A stretch of 64,000 bases of DNA, from contig JANMRZ010000112.1 of assembly GCA_031388805.1 (NCBI GenBank), positions 17,885-81,884 on the forward strand, read 5' to 3'. Position 1 is the first letter of the stretch, and the number at the start of each line of letters is the position of its first letter. Source of the DNA: Chryseolinea sp. (lineage in GTDB: Bacteria; Bacteroidota; Bacteroidia; Cytophagales; Cyclobacteriaceae). Shown in pieces: positions 9,620 to 19,149 of this stretch. A program made the position numbers and the translations under genes. A model generated the notes under the pieces. It saw nothing but the letters and a program-made list of their open reading frames with translations. It had not been told where the DNA came from and ran no database searches.

Positions 9620-12600
9620 TTAAGCGATAACAGCGTGTTCTTTTACAGCTTCTATCACTGGCTCTTCCACCTTGCGTGAGTAAGGACGGGAGAAGTACGA
9701 GTACACTGATGGGATAACATAGAGTGTTAATATTCCGGCAAACACTAGTCCACCTACAACGGCAATGCCCAGTGACGTACGACTGCCTGATGAAGTTCCT
9801 AATGATAATGCAATGGGGAGCGTTCCGAAGATCATGGCGAGTGTTGTCATGAGTATGGGGCGGAAACGTGAAGCCGCCGCGGATAACACTGCATCTTTCA
9901 CAGACATGCCTTCTTCTTTACGCTGATTAGCAAATTCAACGATGAGGATACCATTTTTCGTGATCAGTCCGATCAGCATGATGATACCAATTTCACTAAA
10001 CACATTGATCGACTGATTCGTGATCCACAGACTTAACAATGCACCCGTAAGCGCCATCGGCACGGTAAGAAGAATAATGAATGGATCAATCAAACTTTCA
10101 AACTGTGCAGCCAGTACCAGGTAGATGAGAATGATGGCAAAGATGAAAGCAAAGACGAGACTCGAACTGCTTTCAGCATAATCGCGACTTTGTCCCGCCA
10201 GCGTGGTACGGAATCCATCGGGTAATGTATTTTTCGCGATACCATCCATTTCTTTAATGGCTTCACCAAGACTAACACCAGGAGCCGGAGTAGCGGAGAT
10301 GGTGGCACTGTAAGATTGATTGTAGCGATAAATAGCTGGAGGGCTTACACTCTCTTCCATCTTCACCAAATTATCCAGCGAAATCATTTCGCCATTGCCT
10401 GCTTTTAAAAATAGAGAACGGATATCGGAAGGTGTAGAACGTTCTTTCCTGTCCAGCTGACCAATGACTTCGTATTGACGATCGTTATAAATAAAATATC
10501 CGTAGCGTCTCCCGGTTAATGCCAGTTGAAGTGTTCTTCCTATTTCTTGCGTAGAGATTCCGGATTGCGCTGCACGTTGACGGTCAATGGTAATGCCAAT
10601 CTCCGGACGGTTGATTTTAAAATCAGGATCCTGAAAACTTAATTTCTTGCTTTGATAAACATTGCCCATCAGACCCGGCATAACATCGGTGAGTGATTTC
10701 AGATCCGGAGCCTGCACTACATATTGTAAGGGCTGTGAACTGGAGAATCCTCCAATGGTTGGTATTTGTATCGGGATACAGATAACATTTCTAAATTGTC
10801 CAGAAGCGGCGACCAGTTTTTCATAGATCTGTTGTTGTGAAAGGCCACTCTTCCGGTCTTGCGGATCTTTTAAAAATATCCATTGAAATCCGCCATTAAC
10901 GGGTTGTACTAACGTACCCACTGATGCTGCAATACCTGCATAGGTACGATTCTCATTTAAATCAGGAATAGAATCAGAAATGTATTTATTGATCTCTTTC
11001 ATGGTTGCTTCCATACTTTCGTACGATGTTCCTTCGGGAGCAATGACTGCAAGTCCAATCATGGAACGGTCTTCAAGAGGCGCGAGCTCTGAAGGAAGAG
11101 AAGGTGCAAGGACCCAGGCTACACCAAATGAAGCGATCAACAACACAAACCCCAGCCATCTTATTTTAAAGAATAAGTGAAGTGTTCTTTCATAGCCTCT
11201 GTTGAGTGCTTCAAACCAAGGTTCTGTTTTACGATACAGCCATCCGTGTGAAGCGTTGGCTTTCAGTAGATATGCACTCATCATCGGTGACAAAGTCAAT
11301 GCGACAAATGCGGATATCAATACAGATCCTGCCACTACAATAGCAAATTCTTTGAACAAGCGACCGGTAATACCTCCGAGGAAAAGTATCGGCAAGAAAA
11401 CAGCTGCGAGTGTTACGGTGGTGGAAACTACAGCAAAGTAAATTTCATCGGAACCTTTACGGGCAGCTTGTATCGGGCTCATGCCCTGTTCAATCTTGCT
11501 ATAAATATTTTCCAGCACAACAATCGCATCATCCACTACCAGGCCAATCGCCAACACCAACCCCAGCAACGTTAACACATTGATAGAGAAGTCTGCTATG
11601 TACATTATAAAGAAAGCCGAGATGATGGAAACCGGAATGGCTACCAATGGAATGATGGTACTTCTCCAGTCGCGGAGGAAAATGAAAATGATCAGCGCCA
11701 CTAATCCAAAAGCAAGGAATAAAGTCTCTTCAACTTCGGATAATGAATTTCGTACCGGCACAGTAAAATCTTTCCCTAAGGAGATGATGTACTCTTTTGG
11801 TGCCGTCTTTACAATATCCGCAAAACGCGTTTTAAATTCTTCTACGATGGCCAGTGAGTTAGCACCACGTTGTGGCTGCACACCGGTACCCACACCATAA
11901 CGGGTCGTATTACCTTCTCCCACAATCATAGCTGTGCGCTCATTCTGAGAGGACATGATTGCGGTGCCGATATCTTTGAAGTGAACGATGGCTTGATCTT
12001 TTTGAAAAATGATCATGTTGTTAAAATCCTCTTCGGTAACAAGCCGACCTTCAGTCCGTAAAGTCACTTCTGTATTTTCGCCTTCTATTCGTCCGCTGGG
12101 TAAGTCTACGTTCTCACGTTGCAATGCACTCTGAACATCGGATGGAGTAAGCCCATATGAGGCAAGCTTTAGAGGATCCATGCGCAATCGCATGGCGCGT
12201 TTTCTTCCTGCATAGGTGTCTACCAAACGCACTCCTGGAATAGACTGAAGTCTTTCTTTGATGTTAATGTTAACGAAGTCGGTAATGTCTTCCAGACTTC
12301 TGGTGTCACTTTGAACTGTGAGAAAAACCAGGAAGTCCGCGGGTCCCGCCTTCTCTACAATTGTTGGTTCGATATCCGATGGCAATTGCTGACGTGACTT
12401 TGAAACTTTGTCACGCACATCATTGGCCGCTGCTTCGAGGTCGGCATCCAGGTTAAACTCTACGGTAATAATACTCACTTGTTCACGCGATACGGAAGAT
12501 ACTGCCCGTATTCCATTGGCTTCTGCGATGGCTTCCTCTAAAGGTTTTGTTACCTGTGAGGCAATAATATCAGCACTTGCTCCAGGGTATACGGTTGTAA

Positions 12601-12742
12601 CCATTACAATTGGTGAATCAGTTACCGGGTATTCGCGTGTTCCTAAAAATGTATAGCCGACAATACCAAAGAGAATTAACAATACTGACATCACTCCGGC
12701 TAATACCGGTCGTGATATACTTATTTGTGAAATTGCACTCAT
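9620..12742 (-). CDS. RND efflux permease, AcrB/AcrD/AcrF (HAE1) family
   Basis: 1040 aa; proton-relay motifs GLVVDDAIVVLEN, GLITKNGILIVE and RFRPILMTT are intact. Confidence 0.93.
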   Translation of the reverse strand: MSAISQISISRPVLAGVMSVLLILFGIVGYTFLGTREYPVTDSPIVMVTTVYPGASADIIASQVTKPLEEAIAEANGIRAVSSVSREQVSIITVEFNLDADLEAAANDVRDKVSKSRQQLPSDIEPTIVEKAGPADFLVFLTVQSDTRSLEDITDFVNINIKERLQSIPGVRLVDTYAGRKRAMRLRMDPLKLASYGLTPSDVQSALQRENVDLPSGRIEGENTEVTLRTEGRLVTEEDFNNMIIFQKDQAIVHFKDIGTAIMSSQNERTAMIVGEGNTTRYGVGTGVQPQRGANSLAIVEEFKTRFADIVKTAPKEYIISLGKDFTVPVRNSLSEVEETLFLAFGLVALIIFIFLRDWRSTIIPLVAIPVSIISAFFIMYIADFSINVLTLLGLVLAIGLVVDDAIVVLENIYSKIEQGMSPIQAARKGSDEIYFAVVSTTVTLAAVFLPILFLGGITGRLFKEFAIVVAGSVLISAFVALTLSPMMSAYLLKANASHGWLYRKTEPWFEALNRGYERTLHLFFKIRWLGFVLLIASFGVAWVLAPSLPSELAPLEDRSMIGLAVIAPEGTSYESMEATMKEINKYISDSIPDLNENRTYAGIAASVGTLVQPVNGGFQWIFLKDPQDRKSGLSQQQIYEKLVAASGQFRNVICIPIQIPTIGGFSSSQPLQYVVQAPDLKSLTDVMPGLMGNVYQSKKLSFQDPDFKINRPEIGITIDRQRAAQSGISTQEIGRTLQLALTGRRYGYFIYNDRQYEVIGQLDRKERSTPSDIRSLFLKAGNGEMISLDNLVKMEESVSPPAIYRYNQSYSATISATPAPGVSLGEAIKEMDGIAKNTLPDGFRTTLAGQSRDYAESSSSLVFAFIFAIILIYLVLAAQFESLIDPFIILLTVPMALTGALLSLWITNQSINVFSEIGIIMLIGLITKNGILIVEFANQRKEEGMSVKDAVLSAAASRFRPILMTTLAMIFGTLPIALSLGTSSGSRTSLGIAVVGGLVFAGILTLYVIPSVYSYFSRPYSRKVEEPVIEAVKEHAVIA

Positions 12743-12784
12743 GAAATAAATAGATTAAGAATATAAAAATGGAAAAGGCTGAAC

Positions 12785-13879
12785 TTATTTAATGGTGACA
12801 AACTGAACAGCAGAACCGGGCATTAATCTCAACAGGTTACTGGTCACTACGGTGTCACCTGCGTTTAATCCGCTGGTAATTTCAACAGATCCTTCACTGC
12901 GTTGACCAATTTCTACGGGCACGATTGCTGCCACATTTTTATGCGAAACAAAAACGGTATACCCATTGGAAGAGGGGATCAAAGCTTGTGAGGTAACAGC
13001 CAGTGCTTCACCAGATGTATTGAGTGATAGATTTATTCGGGCGCTCTGGCCAGGCAATAGTTTACCGTGGGGATTAGCCGTGGCGGCTCTTACTAAAAGT
13101 GTGCGTGTATTTTCATTGAGACTCGCAGCTTTCGCTACCACTTTGGCAGCGTATTGTTTTTGATCGGAAGCCAGGGTAAAGTGTTGCTCACTCCCCAGTT
13201 GAATTACATTTGCATATTTTTCAGGTATCGAAAACTCTACTTTCACTACACTGTTATCTTCAATATCCGCCAGTAAAGTATTCACGGACACAACAGCTCC
13301 CTGGTGTACATTGATCATACCGATCTGGCCATCAAAAGGTGCCGTAATCCGGGTCTTGTTAATCATGACTTCTACTTCCAGAATTTGTGCCTGCAATACT
13401 TTTAAATTGGTGGACGCTTCATCGTAATCCTGCTGGGCAATAGCATCATGCGCGATCAGATCTTTGAGCCGTTCCTCATTGAGTTGTGCCAACTTCTCTT
13501 GTTGACGAAACCTTTGCAATTGTGCTTGCAGATCAGCATCGTCTAACTGAAATAGGAGGGCTCCTTGTTTTACTTTAGTGCCTTCTTTTACATTAACGCG
13601 CACGACTCTGCGTGTAAGCTCGCTGACGAGGTCAACCTGCTGATTTGCTATTAAAGTTCCTGTTACTTCCAGTTCATCGCTTACAATGCCTTGTTTTACC
13701 ACAAGCCCATCCACGGGTACTCCCGGAACAGGAGTGGCTTTTGTTTCTTTATTATTACTCAGATCGCCTGCTTTGGATGCACAGGCTGCGATGATGACGG
13801 TCAGAAGAAGATAACCAGTGATTTGCCGGATCATGCGCTGCAAACGACTGGTATTCGGGTTTTTGATTCTCATTTTCAT
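12785..13879 (-). CDS. RND efflux periplasmic adaptor (MFP), lipoprotein
   Basis: Lipobox IAA-C, biotinyl-lipoyl-like VKEGTKVKQGALLFQLD, coiled hairpin, ITAPFDGQIG. Confidence 0.92.
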   Translation of the reverse strand: MKMRIKNPNTSRLQRMIRQITGYLLLTVIIAACASKAGDLSNNKETKATPVPGVPVDGLVVKQGIVSDELEVTGTLIANQQVDLVSELTRRVVRVNVKEGTKVKQGALLFQLDDADLQAQLQRFRQQEKLAQLNEERLKDLIAHDAIAQQDYDEASTNLKVLQAQILEVEVMINKTRITAPFDGQIGMINVHQGAVVSVNTLLADIEDNSVVKVEFSIPEKYANVIQLGSEQHFTLASDQKQYAAKVVAKAASLNENTRTLLVRAATANPHGKLLPGQSARINLSLNTSGEALAVTSQALIPSSNGYTVFVSHKNVAAIVPVEIGQRSEGSVEITSGLNAGDTVVTSNLLRLMPGSAVQFVTIK

Positions 13880-13881
13880 TT

Positions 13882-13972
13882 ATTGATATATTTAAGTTTA
13901 TCGATATGTTTGCAGATAACGAAACCCAAATGATTAGGTTCATTATTTATCGATTTATTTAAGTTTTTCGAT
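13882..13972. promoter_or_regulatory. Two copies of a 24-bp imperfect palindrome, candidate ArsR operators
   Basis: ATTGATATATTTAAGTTTATCGAT (13882-13905) and ATCGATTTATTTAAGTTTTTCGAT (13949-13972) lie between the arsR stop and the MFP start. Confidence 0.55.
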
Positions 13973-13987
13973 AAATGAAATAAAAGA

Positions 13988-14272
13988 TTATTCTCTTTTT
14001 AACTCTTCCAGGAACTGGATGTATTCGTCAAGAAGTTGCTTATTGAGCTTGTATTTCACATTGCGACCTTCTTTTTCTGATGTAATAAGGTCGGTATCGG
14101 TAAGCATTTTGAGGTGATGGGCGATGGAAGGTTGTGCCAGGTCAATGATCTGATTCAGATCCACGCAGTATAAGCAATCCTTTTGTTTTTTGATTTCCTT
14201 TAAAATCAAGAGCCGGTTGGGATCGGCCAATGCCTTTGATATTTTTTCCGCCTTCTTCGCATTCATACCCAT
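13988..14272 (-). CDS. ArsR/SmtB-family transcriptional regulator
   Basis: KALADPNRLLIL...LAQPSIAHHLKMLTDTDLITSEKEGRNVKY winged HTH; CLYC motif. Confidence 0.9.
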   Translation of the reverse strand: MGMNAKKAEKISKALADPNRLLILKEIKKQKDCLYCVDLNQIIDLAQPSIAHHLKMLTDTDLITSEKEGRNVKYKLNKQLLDEYIQFLEELKRE

Positions 14273-14289
14273 AACCTTGGTGGTTTACG

Positions 14290-14297
14290 CAAAGCTA
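14290..14297 (-). promoter_or_regulatory. Bacteroidota -7 promoter element for arsR
   Basis: The minus strand reads TAGCTTTG (consensus TAnnTTTG), 17 nt upstream of the start codon. Confidence 0.55.
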
Positions 14298-14400
14298 ACA
14301 ATCTATTTGTTGAAATAATTCTGGATAGCGAAAGCATCACCCGCCAGCGTCTGAGAGAAGTGAAACTAATTTAATGAATGAATACTACGGAAGGGTATAA

Positions 14401-14430
14401 AAGAAAAGAGCCTGCACTATACAGGCTCTT
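14401..14430 (-). terminator. Rho-independent terminator downstream of the 14548 gene
   Basis: AAGAGCCTG-N7-CAGGCTCTT stem followed by TTCTT on the minus strand. Confidence 0.6.
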
Positions 14431-14547
14431 GAATCAAATTCATGGACAGCGTAGAAATAAAGTGGAGTTTTCGATTCAGTATGTATACCTGCTTTGATTC
14501 TCCTGAGCTTCTCGCAATATCTTTTCCGATAGATACATTAGTGATAT

Positions 14548-15180
14548 TTAATTATTCCGAACATATAGCGTTACACGTAACAGCATGGTCTTTGCAAATG
14601 CATAGGACAGGCCCTTGTCGATATAGGATTTATCGGGTGTTGTAATAAAGAAGGACGCAGAATTGGGAACTTTGTAACCCCATGATCCGGAATACTGGAG
14701 ATCACCCGGCAGAATAAGTGCAACATGCTTAACCATTTCCCCACTGGGCTTATACACGGCAATAACGGCTTTGTTTTCATTTGCAAAACGTTGCGCACTT
14801 TCTAAAACCTTTTGGTCAAAAGCCATACCCAATACAGACCATTGACCACCTTTCATATTTACCAAACCCGGACTTTGCTTCGATGAAGCTTCCATATTTA
14901 GCGCGTCCAGGTTGTATACATCGGCCAGTGATTTTTCAATAAAAGAAGCGCATACTGTCTTGTCGCTTTCTGTGGTGGAGCACTTTAAAAATTGTTCCAG
15001 GGTTAACGTTAAATCTTCTTTCCAGTTCTTATTTAAGGATTGTCCGTGCGACATGGAAAAGGCAAACATCATAACGAACACGGTGTAAAATCGTGTCCAT
15101 TTAATTTTGCTTTGAAGCATTTCTACTCGATTCTCGCATGAAAAGCCATTGTGAAGGGTAAGAGGTGTTTTTGTGTTCAT
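14548..15180 (-). CDS. Hypothetical secreted protein
   Basis: Hydrophobic signal-like segment FYTVFVMMFAFSMSHG-Q. Start uncertain: ATG 15180 or 15120 (ORF track gives TTG 15210). Confidence 0.65.
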   Translation of the reverse strand: MNTKTPLTLHNGFSCENRVEMLQSKIKWTRFYTVFVMMFAFSMSHGQSLNKNWKEDLTLTLEQFLKCSTTESDKTVCASFIEKSLADVYNLDALNMEASSKQSPGLVNMKGGQWSVLGMAFDQKVLESAQRFANENKAVIAVYKPSGEMVKHVALILPGDLQYSGSWGYKVPNSASFFITTPDKSYIDKGLSYAFAKTMLLRVTLYVRNN

Positions 15181-15878
15181 GGGGTTATGTGTTTTTGTTT
15201 GATGATTCAAAGGTTCGGTTTTGCGGCATCAAATACATCAGCTTGACACTGATTTTTAAAAATCAGAATTTCCCTTACCCTTTTTTTTGATGAAAAAGAG
15301 ACCTCAATCTTTTTATGTTAGGAACATCATTTTTACACATATATTAATAAATTTGCTCACGACTCCTTATACAATTAAAAAGATCCATAGCGAAGTTGCT
15401 GGAGGTCCGTTTTAGCAGCAACGGACTTTACGGTAACTCAATAGTAAAATTATCGTCACGCTATAAGCCCTCAAAAAGAATTCAATTTGCTCCCTTCATT
15501 CCCATTTGAGTTGTGAACGTTCATAACTCGAATGGGATAAAGTGATGGATACGGATCATCCGTATTTGTACTTACCGCGATAATCATTTTGCTTCGCTAA
15601 AGTCTGTTTCACCAGTGGTTCGATGTTAATTATTTTCGAACCTACAGATTGTTGTGTAACAGTATTTTTTTTCAAACACATGCTGGAAGAATTCGGGTAT
15701 CCTGTTGAGTCTTCTCTACACTCCGGGTGTATAATGCCAACTTCTGTTTAACACAATCCTTTCGATACAGGCTGTTTTCAATACTATTGGCTATTTAAAG
15801 CCTTGCCTCTTCGGGCACGAAAATGGTGTATTCTCTTGAAAGTAGTATGTCAATATACTATACCGATAATTCAATAAC

Positions 15879-16091
15879 ATGAAAAACATAGATAACGAAG
15901 AACTCAAAATTTCAGCAGGTAGTATGCTCAATCAGAAAACGAATGAGGATTTTAATAAGCAAAAGCCAAATCCTCAAGATCCTGATTTTAAAACACTCAC
16001 TACATACACCTGTTCCATGCATCCTACAGTAAAGATGGGAAGGCCAGGCACATGCCCACGATGCGGAATGGAGTTGATTGAGAATAAATAG
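15879..16091 (+). CDS. Small heavy-metal-binding-domain (HMBD) protein
   Basis: YTCSMHPTVKMGRPGTCPRCGMELI matches the YxCPMHP...PGxCPxCGMxL motif. Confidence 0.75.
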   Translation: MKNIDNEELKISAGSMLNQKTNEDFNKQKPNPQDPDFKTLTTYTCSMHPTVKMGRPGTCPRCGMELIENK

Positions 16092-16295
16092 TAGCAAAAA
16101 CAAAATGTACTTTATTCAAACGATAAAGTAAGTTCAATCATTTCGAAAGGTTCTTTGAATAAGGAATGTTGTCTATTTTTTTTAAGAAATAACATCAGCG
16201 AAAACGCTGACAAAAATCATATTGCCACTTATTAAACATCACTAAGTCTGAATATTCCATTAATCATATTTATATAAATTTTAACCCTCAATACA

Positions 16296-16751
16296 ATGAA
16301 AACAAAATTCAGTATAATCTTAATGTTCATGATGTTTGCCTTTACACTTGTTCAATCTCAGGAGATGCCCCCAAAACACAGAGGGATGCATCCTACTCTA
16401 AAAGCAGATGGTAAGGTATATGACGAAAGTGGTAAGCAACTGGGTTACATTACACCAGATGGCAAAGTGTGTGATGTTACCGGAAAAGTGATTGGTATCA
16501 TTGCTGAAACCGGTGATGTATCAACCGCGAATGGAAAAGGAATTGTTGGAGTAGTTCAAAAAGATGGAAGCTTTAAATCAAAACACGGCCATGTTGTTAC
16601 TACAGGAGGTGATGGCGCCATTATGGTTGCCGGCAAAATGGTTGGCCATGTGGATGAGGGTTACAAGATAAAATCACATGCCTGTGCCGTCCATTGTTTT
16701 TTCAGCGAAGAAAATAAACAGGCCAAAGAAATCGATAGTCAGGTTGAATAA
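16296..16751 (+). CDS. Hypothetical secreted protein with short beta-hairpin repeats
   Basis: Signal peptide; repeated DG-x-V-x-D-x-x-GK-x-I/LG units; C-terminal HACAVHC. Confidence 0.7.
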   Translation: MKTKFSIILMFMMFAFTLVQSQEMPPKHRGMHPTLKADGKVYDESGKQLGYITPDGKVCDVTGKVIGIIAETGDVSTANGKGIVGVVQKDGSFKSKHGHVVTTGGDGAIMVAGKMVGHVDEGYKIKSHACAVHCFFSEENKQAKEIDSQVE

Positions 16752-16810
16752 CGTGCGGCATGAGGATCAGAAAAGTATTGAGATAGCATTTTTCTTTCTA
16801 GCCCTTTATC

Positions 16811-16851
16811 ATCAAAACAGAGCCATCGACTTCCGATGACTCTGTTTTGAT
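16811..16851. terminator. Probable bidirectional terminator
   Basis: ATCAAAACAGAG-C-CATCG / CGATG-A-CTCTGTTTTGAT hairpin between the convergent stops at 16751 and 16895. Confidence 0.65.
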
Positions 16852-16894
16852 TTTATCTGTTTATAACAAGGTGAGTAAAAGCAATTACCTGGAC

Positions 16895-17950
16895 TTAATA
16901 TTTATACTTACTTCGGTTCTCTTGCGCTTCGCGCGACATTCTTCCTGATTTTTTATTGAATCGCTTTTTGTCTTCGGCATTCATCTCGAATCGCCTCTGC
17001 TCTTTTATTAGTTTCAAATAGCTTTCATAAACCTGGTCTTCCAGTTCGCCTGAATGCACAGCACCAATCACTGCGCATCCTGCTTCGTGCAAATGCCGGC
17101 AATCAGAGAACTTACAATGTACCGCGAACTTTTGAATTGCGGGAAACAGATCATTACTGTCGTGTCCCTCTTCATAGGTAAGACCGAATTCACGCATGCC
17201 GGGTGTGTCAATTAATAAACTTCCATTGGGCAACTGAAAGAGATCACGTGAAGTAGTAGTGTGTTTTCCTTTGCTGTTAAACTCACTTGTACTCTTTACC
17301 TCTTGCACGTTTGTACTCATCAATGCATTCAACAGCGAACTTTTACCTACTCCGGACGAACCAATGAGAATGTACGTCTTGTATTTTTCCAGCACGTTGT
17401 TGCGAATTTCATCTAATCCAACACCAGTGTAGGTGCTACAAAAGTAAACTTCACAATCGCGCTGAAGCTTCGCTACTTCAGAAGAATAGAGCGTCCAATC
17501 CTCTACAAGATCTACTTTATTCAACACCACAATTGGTTTGATGTTGCACGCAGCAAGTTGAACAAGGTAACGTTCCAGTCGCATAATGTTGAAGTCGCGA
17601 TCAAGACCTTGCACGATCAGTGCGCCATCTACATTGGTGGCGAGGATTTGCTTTTCCATTTTCGCTCCCGGGTTTTTACGCGACAGTTCATTTTTGCGTG
17701 GTAAGACATCGATGATGTAACCGAGTGTATCATAATCTTTCAGCGTTACCCAGTCGCCTAGTTTGGGAAGTTCTTCTGTTTTGGCTCCATGTAAAAGTCT
17801 TCCGGAAAGCTCAGCTTCCTTTTCACCGTTGGTGGTGATGACATAATATTTAAATCCCAGTATAGAAGTAATGCGTCCGATGATTAAATCGTTTTGTATT
17901 TGTTCTGACTGAAAGAATGTGCTCCAGCCATAATGATCCAGTGATATCAT
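16895..17950 (-). CDS. rsgA: Ribosome small subunit-dependent GTPase A (long-type paralogue)
   Basis: OB fold, VVLNKVDL, GSSGVGKSS, KGKHTTT, DTPG, Zn motif CKFSDCRHLHEAGC. Confidence 0.92.
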   Translation of the reverse strand: MISLDHYGWSTFFQSEQIQNDLIIGRITSILGFKYYVITTNGEKEAELSGRLLHGAKTEELPKLGDWVTLKDYDTLGYIIDVLPRKNELSRKNPGAKMEKQILATNVDGALIVQGLDRDFNIMRLERYLVQLAACNIKPIVVLNKVDLVEDWTLYSSEVAKLQRDCEVYFCSTYTGVGLDEIRNNVLEKYKTYILIGSSGVGKSSLLNALMSTNVQEVKSTSEFNSKGKHTTTSRDLFQLPNGSLLIDTPGMREFGLTYEEGHDSNDLFPAIQKFAVHCKFSDCRHLHEAGCAVIGAVHSGELEDQVYESYLKLIKEQRRFEMNAEDKKRFNKKSGRMSREAQENRSKYKY

Positions 17951-18074
17951 TTTGTTGAAATGTTAGTAAGAGAACGATTGCCATTTCGTGAATAGCAAAA
18001 TTCTCATCGTGTATTAAAATACGATTAAAGGAGAAAAAGAATTACAGACAGGAATTCAATCGAAGGGTCCGTAA

Positions 18075-18128
18075 TTATGCGGCCGCAATATCCGGCAGGG
18101 GGCGATATATAGAATGAATGTTTTTCAT
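18075..18128 (-). CDS. Candidate 17-aa leader peptide (uORF) MKNIHSIYRPLPDIAAA
   Basis: Read directly on the minus strand, ATG 18128 to TAA 18075; 7 nt downstream of a perfect TAnnTTTG and 124 nt upstream of rsgA. Confidence 0.5.
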   Translation of the reverse strand: MKNIHSIYRPLPDIAAA

Positions 18129-18135
18129 ACTGAAG

Positions 18136-18143
18136 CAAAGGTA
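18136..18143 (-). promoter_or_regulatory. Bacteroidota -7 promoter element for the leader-rsgA transcript
   Basis: The minus strand reads TACCTTTG. Confidence 0.6.
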
Positions 18144-18648
18144 ATGAAAAGTTTAGAATAATATTCTCGATGGGTTATGGGATAAAACGGTAGTAAATAT
18201 TCAGGCTTCACCTGATTATTACTTCATGTTTTAATCAATATAATCTGATATGGATGAGGAAAAAGAATATTGCATGATATTCCTACTATAATCATTGCCC
18301 TGAATACCAAAATTCATGGGAACCTTGTAGATATTTATACACACTATGGCATCTGCTGCCCCATTTCAAATTTCAGTCGCTATCAATAATTGAGTCCGCT
18401 TTGATTATTAAGTCTACATAATGCCCGGAAAGCGACAGATAAGATTTCAATAAGGTCAGCTTCACAATAGCAAAGCAAGTGGCATTCCCTTTGTAATTAA
18501 AATAGCATGCTAGCGGATGGCAATTGCTAAAAGAGCCAGATTTTTCGACTCCAATTTCCGCTACTCGATCCGTTATTTGCCAAACAGAATGCCACATAAC
18601 CCTATGTCTGGAGTTTGTAGATTATATCAAAATATTATACATCGTTAA

Positions 18649-19113
18649 ATGAAGCAAGCTATTACTCTCGACTCCTATGTTCAACTCCACGTCCTACTGG
18701 CAGATGACGATAAAGATGATCGCTTCTTTTTTAATAAAGCATTAGAGACTATTCCTATTTTAACTAACCTGACAATAGTTGAGGATGGTGAACAACTCAT
18801 GACCTACTTGATTGAAAATTCTGAAAAGCTTCCCGATGTGCTTTTCCTTGATCTTAATATGCCCCGGAAAAATGGTTTGGAGTGCTTGTCAGAGATTAAG
18901 CATGATCAAAAACTGAAGAAACTTCCCGTAATTATATACTCCACTTCAGGATACTTCGATGTGACTGAGGATCTATTTAACAAAGGAGCCCATTATTATT
19001 TTAGCAAAACAGACGTGGATGGAACGAAGGTAATTCTTCATCATATCTTGAATCTAATACTGGAAAGTAGCTTCTCCAGGCCGACCAGTGAGCAATTTAT
19101 TCTCTTACCATAG
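18649..19113 (+). CDS. Single-domain response regulator (CheY-like receiver)
   Basis: LLADDD, LFLDLNMP, YSTS, YFSK receiver motifs; no output domain. Confidence 0.9.
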   Translation: MKQAITLDSYVQLHVLLADDDKDDRFFFNKALETIPILTNLTIVEDGEQLMTYLIENSEKLPDVLFLDLNMPRKNGLECLSEIKHDQKLKKLPVIIYSTSGYFDVTEDLFNKGAHYYFSKTDVDGTKVILHHILNLILESSFSRPTSEQFILLP

Positions 19114-19149
19114 CAAATTTTCAAACAACAAGAATAAAAAATAGTCTGT

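Noticed and set aside
9620-12742. Calling the RND pump a CzcA/CusA heavy-metal exporter because of nearby metal genes
   Set aside because: The sequence reads as HAE1-type (GLVVDDAIVVLEN, N-terminal ISRPV); I saw no HME-specific features.
14320-14370. TPP- or glycine-riboswitch-like words (CTGAGA, CCAGCGT)
   Set aside because: The motifs are in the wrong order, the required stems are missing, and the downstream gene does not fit.
15249-15266. 18-bp perfect palindrome CTGATTTTTAAAAATCAG
   Set aside because: AT-rich, single copy and no cognate regulator; may be an operator, but unsupported.
15540-15800. Stop-interrupted minus-strand reading frames that might be a gene remnant
   Set aside because: No recognisable protein motif, so it cannot be supported without BLASTX.
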